DNA of 56,239 bases. Source: Ancylonema sp. Lineage: Eukaryota. This document shows positions 17,451 to 29,148 of the stretch, in pieces (position 1 is the stretch's first letter; each line of letters begins with the position of its first letter). The DNA is taken from assembly GCA_050230475.1 (NCBI GenBank), contig JBFLGF010000187.1, positions 1 through 56,239 on the forward strand, in the 5' to 3' direction. Under the pieces are notes generated by a model. That model was not told where the DNA came from. It searched no databases and saw nothing but the letters and a program-made list of their open reading frames with translations. Position numbers and translations under genes: made by a program.

Positions 17451-18319
17451 TATGGCATCGGTGTCTTAATTCTTTTTTTTGGGTTCTAGTTTTGACAGTG
17501 GAGATGAACGCGTCAAGGATATGTCTACAAGTTGGGGAAGATAGGTGCATTGATAAGAGGGAAGGAATAAGGGGTTAACTATAAGAGGCTCTCTTACAAA
17601 ACCACATGCATTCGGCTAGTCGATAATTGATCACACATTCGTTCATAGTGCAACTTTCTACTATCAGAGTTCACACTCGACATGTTTTGAGAGAGAAGTA
17701 AGTTTGAAGATCTGGTGGTCAAAATTGGAAGAAGCACAATGGTCGTGATCTGGCTCTGGCACATGAGGGGGTGCAACTTGAAACCTAAAATATTCGAGCC
17801 GCGGTTCGGAACCGCGCGGAATCACTCATGGTGCTGACAACAAAAAAAATATTATCTTTGCAAAAATCTTGACGAGTTTCAAGTATGAAATTCTTTTTTG
17901 TACGTTCATCGGATCTTCTACATCATACCTTGGATAACCTTGATCAAATGTGGCGTAATCCCTAATAAGACACATTCCTTCTCCGACTCACCATCTCAAT
18001 AAATCTAGCTTTTCCAAGAGAAGAACATTTTGCTCACAGACTAAATCTCCACCAGTGCTCGATTTGATTTTGTGGTAGTTGAAAAATGGTAAATATTTTA
18101 AAACCAAGTATCCTGAAAGGTTATGGATAGTGAAGGCATCACATGCAAAGGCACTAACTTATGCCATACCTCGTATGCTATGCAACAATGAATAACCAAG
18201 TCGAATTGCCTCGGATCCAAACTTGAAAATATATTGTAGTATTCCCGGACAATATGTGAAGAGCTAACATTCGGATGGGTCTGATACAAACATATTCGTG
18301 CGGGAAGTTGCATTATAAG

Positions 18320-19053
18320 CATAGTGGGTCGCGCTCCGCTCGCGGAATTTGCGAGCCCGGCTCCGAGCCGGCGCGCGTCCGCGAGCCGCCTGGCAAAAAC
18401 GTAACATCGAAATGCGACTAAGTAAAAATCCTTTTCTGCCAAGTAGGTAGTTACTAGTTACCGATACTTCGGGCAGTACGTCCCGAACATAGTAACCATA
18501 TTCTGACGGTTAGTTCTGGTGGTTAGTTCTGTTGGCTGTTGGTATTTTTTTTGGCAACTGAAATATTCTGTACAGAATCTTGAAGATCTTCTGACATTCC
18601 GGGAATCGGACGACATCTGGGGGAGGGACGGGGCGGTGAACAACGCTCACCCGTCAGATGCGGGATTTCTTAAAAAACTGACAGATTCTGTGGCGCAAAC
18701 GACAAACTGAATCTATGAGTGTCACCCATTACGATAAAACGGGCTTACAACGATGGTACGGAAAATTACGATGAACGGGAGACGCGGTGAACGACAAAAT
18801 TGTAGCTTGCAAACGAGACGGGGGAATTGTGAACGGGGACGGGATAATGACGGGATACAGTGACGGGATACTGTGTTATGAAACAGTATTACGCAAGCAT
18901 AAAAGTCCACCGCTTAGCGGGGGACGGGGCTACCATTTGTATTTTTGTTTTTTTCCTGTGGGTCACGCTCCGCTCGCGGATTTTGCGAGCCCGGCTCCGA
19001 GCCGGCGCGCGCGCGCTCCGGCTCCGAGCCGGCTCCGAGCCGGCTCCACTATG
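18320..19053. mobile_element. CATAG-ended non-autonomous TIR element, 8-bp TSD (P-superfamily- or hAT-like)
   Basis: Ends CATAGTGG...CCACTATG. Flanks ATTATAAG (18312-18319) and ATCATAAG (19054-19061), 7/8 match. A subterminal GCTCCGCTCGCGG...GGCTCCGAGCCGG block is present near both ends. Confidence 0.8.
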
Positions 19054-19601
19054 ATCATAAGTGATCTGAAGGAGATCAAATGATCACCTCTCTTGTTCCG
19101 GACGCGTCCGGTGCATGTACAAAAAAAAAAAAAGAAAAAGGGAGTGGGAGAGTGGGTGCAACTTCATGCAAAAGGATGCATGATGACATGTGATGCACAA
19201 CCAAAGCACGCAGATTCAACCATTCAAAGCCACTTCGCTCATTATTGTGAGAATCATGGAAACACGGAATTTACATAATACCTTAATCACAACCGAAACA
19301 CTAATTGTTGTCCTTCTAAAACATGGAAACACACGAAGGACCAGACATAAATCCAACCAAACGAGGTGAAAACAGTACCTTTTATATAATTGACCACTCA
19401 GCACCCAAATAAGCAAAGTATTACTCTGGCCTCAATGGCCTCACACATACCTCTCAACCTCAAACCTCTTCCCTCATACTATACCATCAATTCAAACCGA
19501 CCCTTCCCTGACCATTGTCAAAAGTTGATCAGACTGACATTGTATCTCCTCCTCTTAGACAACTCATCATCACCCTCCATTTCTTGTCGAGTTCCTTGTT
19601 T

Positions 19602-22176
19602 TCAAACAATGGTCACTGTGTTGCTGCTCAAAGGCACAGTCTCCCCAGTGGAGATGGCTTCTGGGGTCCTCTTGATGGGCAGCTCTTCCACGGGTGTTCC
19701 CGTCATCCAGGAGACAGGCCCCGGGGCGCAGGTGCAGATGGAGGACCACAGCTTAGCGGTCCACGTGTGTGAGTTGGTGGTTGAGTGGCTGTTCAGCACA
19801 CCGGCCGAGTACTTCATCTGAAACAGGGAGGAAAGGAAAAGGCGGTTTATTACCCCACAGGACCAAGTCGACAAATGTCGGTGACCAGCTGCAAGATGAT
19901 CGATTCCTGAGGTTACCAAGTGTCTCTACAGTGGGGCTACAACTGCATAGCCCGACAGACTACAGATGCTGTGTAACTCCCAAAGGTTTTCATTGGTATC
20001 AATCTTAGAGCGTCTTCTGTAGCTTGACAAAACGATCATGACCACAACACGATCATGACCACACCACCCGTTTTCGCCAGTCCACTTACGTGTCCCTTGA
20101 CTGCTGTGCTGGCGGCTGTGTAGTGCTTCTGCGCATGTGCACCGACCACCTCGTACCCGCGCTGCACATGGCTGCCAGCTGTCCCTGCGGCCTTGGAGAT
20201 GTGTTCGCCAGCTGTCTTGCCCGCATTCACAACGAACCTGGCAATTGACATGGGATTGGTGGATCGAATTGTGATCGAGAGAGAATCTGCATGTCCATTT
20301 CAATCATTTTGACACATTTTGCCATTTTGCCACTTTGCAATTTTGCAGGCTGACAGCGAGCCCTCAGTCAGGACACTAGAAATGGTTCTTTACGCGGCCA
20401 CTCCCAGAGTAACCCAGCATGATGAGCACGTGCCAATTTTGCCTCCACCTAGAGTTACACTGTGACCTATCTTTCTGCCAACTGCTACAGCAACTGCTTG
20501 TGACCTCTTGTCACCTGGCAGTCCACGGATGAGTAACATCGGAGCTCCATTTACGATAATGACATGTACTGACTCAATGCTACCCTCCATACTACAGCAC
20601 GATACGAAAATTACAATCAGCTCTTTAGGAATTTGGAAGTCACGCTAGTGGCCAACGACAAGCTTCGTTCAACACCCAGCTCTGCTGATCCCCTTCTTCA
20701 AAATCTAGGGTTGTTGTATCGAAAAAGAGTTATAGAATGTCATCTTTCGCAATGAACACATTGGGGCTTCGACTTCTGACCCTTACATGTTACTGGACAC
20801 AATGCATGCTGCAGCCTACAAAGTTCAGATCTTCATCAATCAATCAATTAAAAACAAAGAAAGAAATAGCTATTTTAAAAAATAAAAAAATGAAGGACAT
20901 AAGTGGATACAGCAGCCGTATTGCAGCTAATAATTCAGTCATAATGTGACACGTTTAAGCCCCTGAATTTACACCCTCCGTTTCCCGAGGGTGGTAGGTT
21001 GATGGTACTCACGGTATGTGCTTCTCTGTCAGGTCTTTCTTGGCCTGAGGCAGGTGCTTCTCCCTCAGGTTTCGGTAGGCCACTTGAGTGGGAGCTGCAG
21101 GAATTTTGCAAGTCTCTGCCTTAGTCTCATGTCTTCGAACTACAGTCTTCACCAAGCCAGTCTACTAGGAAATGATGCCGAGTAATTCCGCGGGCCCCTT
21201 CCTTGGTAGAGACATGAACTGCGGACCAATTTTCATGTGCGCACGAGCCCAGCTCTGAATCCGGATAACAAAGCCGCTTGAACGGAGATGAACTCGAGAG
21301 TAATGTAGCAATGCAAGATCTCATCAGTCACAGTGAGTAAACGAGCCAAGCTATCTTTGTTCTTTGCGTTGCAGTTCAGTTTAGCACACAACTGCATTAA
21401 AGACGAAGAAGCCAAATATCAGGTCCAACGAACGGCCAGTACCATATTTGAAGGACATGACATGTTACTACACTGGTTTCAGGATTACTGGGGACTAAAG
21501 CACATCTAGCTGCCAGACGCCATCGTCCTATAAGCTGACGATTGTAAAGGCGAAACCGCGAAAGAGCCGCCCAAAAGCTGCTATGTTGGCTACCTTCACA
21601 ACTTTTGAAATGCACTGACATCCCGTTCCCTGGAATTTTCGGACTACATACAGGTGGTCTGCAGGGACGGCATTCGAGTCAAAGGGTCTTCGTATGAGTC
21701 CTTTCGAAGTGAAGTGCGACCGTCATCGCACTTCGATCAGATCCAATCATAACCAGAACCAATCTTAGGTATGCTAGCCGTCTATGCAACAATTAGGATC
21801 ATGGCGCGGTCTGACAAGCTTCATGAGATCCAAGAAGACACGTATCGGCAGTACGATATCTTACCTACCGAAGCGCGCCAATACGATATGTTACAGATTT
21901 TGGCAGTGACTTACTCTCGATCTCTTCCACTGTGTATTCCCCCGGGCTCAATGTTGGTCCTGGCACGGCAATCGCACCATCCCTTGCCCTCTTCAATATA
22001 ATGCGGGTGCTGGCTTTCAGATGAAAGACGCTTAGAATTGTTTGAATTACATCTTGGACCGTGACTGCTGCTGAGATGTCGATGGCAGCAGTCTGGTCTT
22101 TATAAGCCAGAAGGATCGCCTTGATTGGAGTCGCGGCCAGTGTCGGATACCCGGACAGCCCCAAATCTTCCGTCAT
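19602..22176 (-). CDS. Uncharacterised multi-exon protein (N-terminal beta-grasp/PB1-like segment suspected)
   Basis: Candidate exons 22176-21915, 21658-21594, ~21139/21094-21013, 20237-20090 and 19817-19602, with good donors (GTAAGT, GTGAGT). The last three join in phase. The junction between exons 2 and 3 is unresolved. Confidence 0.5.
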
Positions 22177-23149
22177 GGTGTTCTGCTTTCAATACACGAC
22201 GTTAGGATGGAGATCTGAAGAGCAGGAAAATCGCCTTCTACGTGCTGCAAAGATTGCCGACACCTGTAAATGCCGCTTAAAGCTGATTCACAGAGTGTGA
22301 TATTGTCGTGTTCGCCCTTCACCGACAGGCGAGTGATTCCGAAAATCTATCAGTGATTCCGGTGCCCTATGGAGCACAACGAATGCTTTATAATAAGGCG
22401 ACGTAGTGATCTGTTGACTGAACGTCGACTCTCCAACGCGCTTGGATTTCTGAACGAGATCACCTAATGTTTGGGAACCGTCTTATGCGAACACCGATGC
22501 CGCCCTCTATAGGTTAAGGACGTTTCAAAAGTTGAAGTCAAATATGAACTTTGTGGCTGAAATTGCATTTAGTCACTTTCGCACGCTCGGGACTCCACAC
22601 AGGACGGAAACTAGCGACAGCCACGGCATACCAACGGTATTTTAAAATACCGTCTCGATCCTCGATTGATCCTGATTGCCCCCCGTATCTTTCCGATTGG
22701 ACAGGTTGGCAATTGTTTCCATTAACGGCTGCGAGTCTGCACACGCGTCGGTTATTGTGGTCATGCTGATAAGAGCCCATGTACCGGGTAACTGCCTGGG
22801 CACCTGACCGGTGAAGTGCAACCCCGTCCCATCCGCAGTTTGCTACCAAATTGCCGCAGTAGGCTCCTGCATGCCGCGTCCCCCGTTCGGTTCCGTTTGC
22901 GGACGGATACCCCAGTCGCTGGTGTGGCTCACACCCGTGGGAGGTCTTATTCGGAAGATCTTGTCCGAATGCTTCGTCGCCTAGGCGACAAATGCCCTAC
23001 TCAACGCGAAGTACTCCGCTTGCGCCTTCTGCTTCCAACTCTGGGGAGCGCCTCCAAAGCTGTCCTTCTTAAGCATGCCTCCGTACTCTGCAACAGCGGT
23101 CATCTCGGTGTCCCCATCCCAAGGATCGCTCGTCCAGGCGCACAACACC

Positions 23150-26100
23150 ATGGCATCTCACAAACTGGGCCGAGCACTTAGGAGTCTTCCCGGCACATAT
23201 TGCCAGCTCAGGTCGTTTTCTGAGCATCCAGGGGGGATAGTTGGGCAATCCGAGGGGTCCTGGAGACCTCCTGGTACGGATGCACAGGGATCGAAAGGGG
23301 GGAAAAATAAAATAAAAATAAAAATAAAAATTTGTGACCCTATATTTAGCGAACGAAGTATTAGCTCCTGTCTCTGACCCTACATTCGAGTGAAGAGCAG
23401 CCCTGGACATAAGGACCATCGGCGTATGATTCACCTGCCCCATCTTCACCTTGTCACTGATTTTCTGATACAATCCCTCTCTTGTTGTAGGCATCTGCAT
23501 CCCTCTGTCTCTGCCCTTCCTCGAACCCCCCAGAGATGGTCGAACTCCTTACAACACCCCTTGTTAACAAGCAGAGGTTCTTACATTCCAAGGCGACTCG
23601 AGTGGGGGTGTAGAGCTATGGGTTCAGCTTCAGCAGTTCCTGTGTTAGTGAAACTGTCGAGTCGGGTGGATCGACCAATGAAAGCCTCGCTGACAGCTGG
23701 CGAGGTTGTGGAAGTGGCACCTGTCACCTTAGAAGCGGGGGGCGAAGAAGACGAACCTGTAAAGCGAGTGGTTCTGCCGACCAATGAGAACTCAGACCAG
23801 CTGCTCCGCATCCGGCATTCGGTCAGTCGCTTATTGCTTCTTTTTTTCGGTATTGGGAAGAATATGTGTGCTGCAGGATACCAGAGAGAGGTTGCGTCGG
23901 GGGTTGGGATTTCCGCAGTCTACTTGTGGACCTCCTATACACTCTGCTATGTGAACGCCCTACCGAAAAGTAGTTTTTAGAAATAAGTATTTGTGTGCTT
24001 CTGGGAGGTTTCCCATGCCTTCGTCTGTAGTGCCACGCTACGTGTCTTTCGGATGCGAAATTCTTCACATAAATTGAATAGAGACGCTAGTTTTGCAATC
24101 TAAATACGGCTAGGGATCACCAGATGGTGACCCCTGTACATCAATGTAATCAGGAGTCGAAAAGGACACAAACCAGGGTCAAGGTCCTGAGGTTTGGGTC
24201 CTGAGGTTTGGAATTTGGGGGTTGGGGTTCAGGCCGCACATGTGATGGCAATGGCCGTACAGAAGCTCTTCCCCTCCGCGCAAACCACGATCGGTCCATG
24301 GATCTCGCGCGGGTTTTACTACGATTTCGATCTCAAGGAGCCGTTGCAAGAAAAGGACCTGAAGAAAATCAAAAAAGAAATGGTGGGAACGGGGACCTCC
24401 TTTCAGGGCCTGGATTTATGGGAAATTTATTTTGTATGTTGTTTGTTATTATGTATGTTATGTTGTATGTTGTATGGTGTATGTTGTATGGTGTATGTAC
24501 TCATTGAAGGGTGGAATTCATGTTGGGTCGGTATTTATTTCCGGTCACCCACTGCGTAGGGTTTCTACAAAGGGGTTTGCATACGAGCTATGTGTACACC
24601 ATAGTATCGTGGTTTTGGGTTTTGGGTTTTGGGTTTTTTTTTTTTTTCCCCCTGGCTTCCGATGCCGAGCTTCCACAGTTTCCGGTCCTCAAATGACAAC
24701 TGTTATTCCAACTGTTTCCGAATCAGTTTCCACTCCATTCTGCCCATCCCACACCGTCCCTCCCCTTTCTGCCCCCCCCCCAGGACAAGATCATCGGCAA
24801 AAACCTCCCCATGCGCAGGGAAGAGGTGAGCCGAGCAGAGGCAGAATCGAGGATCAAAGCCATCGGAGAGCCGTACAAACTGGAGATATTGGAGAGCATC
24901 AAAACAGAGCCCATCACCATCTACCACATAGGTAGGAAGCCATGGCACCCACCTTCCCCTTGGCTCCCCATCTCTCCCTTCCACCCGTCCCGAACGTAAC
25001 CCCACTTTAAACCTTTGATCTCAACCTTTAAACCATAATCTATAAACCAAAAACCTTAAACCTCACACCAACCCTCAGCCACCAACCCTCAAACACGAAC
25101 TTCAAGTCGCCAGCACCAAATTTCGAACCCTAAACCCTGAACCTTACAAGGCCCTGAACCCTGAACCCTGAACCCCTACACCCCTGAACCCTGTTCCCTG
25201 AATCCCGAACCCTGAACTCTGAACCCTGATCCCTGAACCCTGAACCCTGCACCGTACGGAAACCGTCCAGGTGACGAGTGGTGGGACCTCTGTGCCGGGC
25301 CCCACGTGGAAAGGACGGGGCAACTTCCCAGAAAGGGGATCGAGCTGGAGGCGGTAGCGGGGGCGTACTGGAGGGGGGATGAGAAGAATGCGAGTCTTCA
25401 GCGTGTGTATGGCACTGCCTGGGAGAGTGAGGATCAGCTGAAAGCGTATAACGAACTCAAGGAGCAAGCGAAGAAGAGGGACCATAGGAAGCTGGGGCGG
25501 GAGTTGAACTTGTTCTCTATACAGGTGGGGGGGGGGGAGAGAGGGCAGGTTTGTAGGGGAGGGAGGTCTCAGGGGAACGGGTTTTGGGGGGGTTTGGGGT
25601 TCAGAGTCGAAAGCTCGAAGAGTGTTTTTTATATATCAATCTACTTCCCACTTTTCTTCTCGATTTGTAGCCTGTGTTTCTGGTCGCTGTTTTGCGGGTT
25701 GAGAACCAGGAAGTGTCTGGCTCCATTTTCGGTTCCTGTTATCTTGGGGTGCTGGGAAGAAGGGGGGGGAAGAGAACAATGTAAAGAACAAAATAGTAAA
25801 CTGAAACCTGTCTTAATTAGTACCGTGCTAATTTATAGCCTGCCTTATCCGATAGAAAATCTTTCGCCCGCTTCCCGGGGTGTCACCAGAATCTGATGTG
25901 TTGATTCATAACCTGTCTCCATTATATCAATATTGACAATCCGTTTCCATTCCCAGGAAGACGCAGGGGGCGGTCTCGTGTTCTGGCACCCCAAGGGCGC
26001 CAGGATACGGCAGATCATGGAAGACTACTGGAAAAAAATCCACCTGGCATCCGGATACGACCTCCTCAACACCCCCCACATTGCAAAACTGGACCTCTGG

Positions 26101-28183
26101 AAGACCAGCGGCCACTTCGAGTTCTACTCCGAAAACATGTTCGACCAGATGGCAGTAGAGGACGAGGTTTATCAGCTGAAGCCCATGAACTGCCCCTGCC
26201 ACGTGATGGTGTACAAGGACGCGATGCGTTCTTACCGCGACCTCCCTCTGCGTTGGGGGGAGCTGGGTACGGTGTACCGATACGAGAGGTCGGGTACCAT
26301 GCACGGACTGTTTCGAGTCAGGGGCTTCACGCAGGTTGGGAGGGGGGGAGGGGAGGGGTGGGAGTAGGGGGGGGTGGCATGGTGGCTCTGTGCCACAAAG
26401 TGCACTGGCGGCGTGTGAAAGTGGGGGTGTGGTGGTTAGGGTTTGTGGGTGTTTTGTCTTGCATGTGGTACAGAAATCTGGGGGAAAATGCTTGTGGGGT
26501 TTCAAGTAGGTCAATATTAGAACTGGTTTGAGTCCAGACAAACTGTATGGGGCTTGTATCAGTCGTTTTTGAAGGTCCAAGTCTACGCCCCTATGATATC
26601 AGACTTATTTCCCACTGCATACCGAACACACACAAAAATCCCTCTTTAAGAAAATAATGGGTGGTCAACCCACTGCTCACGATCCCATTCCCGCCCGTCC
26701 CCCCCTCAGGACGACGCGCACATCTTCTGCCTTCCCGAACAAATGCGGTCCGAAATCCGCGGCGTGTTGGACCTCACCGAAAACGTGCTCTCCGATTTCG
26801 GTTTCACAAGTCTGGAAATCAACCTTTCCACCCGTCCGGAAAAGTCGGTGGGCTCCGACCAAATCTGGGAGAGGGCGACGGAAGCTCTGCGGTTGGCTTT
26901 GGAGGACAAGGGGTGGGAGTACAACGTGGATGAGGGGGGGGGCGCGTTCTACGGACCCAAAATCGATATCAAGATTGAGGACGCGATCGGGAGGAAGTGG
27001 CAGTGCTCCACCATTCAGGTGAGGAAGAAGGTCAACGCAAGAAAGGGTTTTCGTGTTTTTTTATTTATTTTTATTTTATTATACCCCTCTTCTGTGTCTT
27101 GTTTCCCAATGAACTGCTTTGTCGTGCTGCCGCCCATGTTTTCGAGAATAAGGGGAAGAATTGTCGCTTTCCTGAATGTTTTCTTCCCCCATATCCCTCC
27201 TTTTTTTTGTTCTTCCCTTTCCTCCCCCCTTCCCCCCCCCCTCCTTCCCCCCCTCCCTACCCCCACCCTTACGTAATCCTGTATTTCCCTTTCCTTCCCC
27301 CCCTCCAGGTCGACTTCAACCTCCCCCAGCGCTTCAACATGGTTTACATCAAGGGGGACCAGTCCAGGCAGCAGCCCATCATGATCCACAGAGCAATCTT
27401 TGGGTCGCTGGAAAGGTTTTTCGGGATCTTGATTGAGAACTACGCGGGGGACTTCCCCCTGTGGCTGGCGCCCGTGCAGGCTCGACTTCTGCCGGTCACT
27501 GACAACGAGGTAGGGGCAAAAAGGAAAATTGTCAAGCTGTCAAAATGTCAGGAGGCGAAAATAATGCAAGTCTTATTCCTGGATTTCCCACAACCGATTG
27601 TGGTCTTTCTTTTCTGCTATCCCCTCCCCCCCCCCCCACCCCCTCTTTGCTCAATTGGGTTTTCTTGGGGTTTTTGTTGTTCTGATCTCCGATAGTTTGT
27701 GTGACAGTAATTGCATTTCGTTACCTGTCCATGAAGGTCCATATAAGTTTTTTTTTCTTGTTTTGATTATACTTGTTAATGATAGTAGTCGAAACTGACG
27801 CGCCTATGACTACTCTGGTACTCTCTGCTCCTTTCCATCCATCTTTCCACCCTCCCCTTGTTTCATTTCCCACCATGCATGCATGCATACGCATCTAACT
27901 CGTCGCGGGGGTATGAGCGCAGGTTGAGTTTTGCAAGAAAGCGGTCGCCCAACTACGAGCCCTTGACATTCGAGCGGAGATGGTGAGCGGGGAGCGGTTG
28001 GGGAAGTTGATACGAAACGCGGAAACGCAAAAGATTCCTCTCATGGCCGTGGTGGGCCAAAAGGAGGTGGAGACACAGACACTCACGGTGCGGACGCGGA
28101 AGGGGGGCGAAATCGGAACACTGACGGTTCAGGAAGTTGCCGATAGGATAGCAGAGACGGTGAAGACAAGAGGGTTCTTGTGA
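23150..28183 (+). CDS. thrS: Organellar (plastid/mitochondrial) threonyl-tRNA synthetase, 9 exons
   Basis: Exons 23150(or 23075)-23211, 23491-23821, 24233-24382, 24784-24931, 25271-25524, 25957-26334, 26710-27018, 27309-27509, 27923-28183. Motifs [63 protein letters not shown] and WLAPVQ. Confidence 0.96.
25125..25250. repeat. Degenerate telomere-like heptamer array (CCCTGAA/CCCTAAA)n in ThrRS intron 4
   Basis: AACCCTAAACCCTGAACC...CCCTGAACCCTGAACCCTG, a variant of the plant TTTAGGG repeat. Confidence 0.75.
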
Positions 28184-29148
28184 GGAGGTCGAAGGGGGTC
28201 GGGTTTGAAATTTTGTGAATAGGGGGTTCAAGGATACGAGTCTCAATGGATTTTCGACATTTTGTGATATTTTTTTGATGTGAAATCGAGGTGTAGAGCT
28301 CAGCTGGTATCCTGCAGTTATGAGTCATTATTGTGTTATCCGACGAACCACATGTGTAGGTATTTGGATCCTTTATCTTTGCCAGTTTTATTATGTCCAA
28401 GCTTTAGCTAAGGAAGACAGTTTTATACATCAAATCATTCAATTTTGGCAATCACATACCCATGGCAGATCATGCGTTTTCGTGTTCCTGCACATATGAG
28501 CATGCAAGTGTGACGATGTTCCCAGACTATGCATGGGTGAGGCTTACGTGTGCGTAGTACAAGTGGGGAAGGTAATGTTTTGATAAGGTTGAGGATTAAG
28601 GATTACGTTGCGACCACTACTAGAATATTGGGGAACAACAATCAGCTATTACCACGGCTCAATTTTTTTTTGTTTTGTTTTTCGGCGTTCTTGCTTTTCT
28701 TATCTTCAACGTATGACACAGAATTCACAGAATTCTGATGTGCACTCTCTTTCCCTCCATTCCTGGTAGACAAGATCCGTATCCTCAACCAAGACTATCG
28801 ATGCCACTTTGGTGTGCCTCTTTGGATAAGAATCTGGATTAAGCCAATCGAGACAGGCAACAGAGGATGGGAAAGCACAATACCTGCCTGAGCTTACGCG
28901 ACCTACAGAACGACCAACGGCACAGTGCATTAGAAAACCGAGCTTCATTGCTTCGGAAATAGACCTACCTATTCATGAGTCCTCGAGCCCCTATGCTAGT
29001 TGAGCCCAAACATTGTGCTGCGTTTGCGGCAACATCGCGAAAACATATTTGTGAGGAGCAAACAAGGAAGCCTGCCAGGCTCCCTCTGCAGAGTCATTAT
29101 TGGGGACCCAACGGAATGTAGACCTGTATTCTGTGTGCTGTCTCCTGT

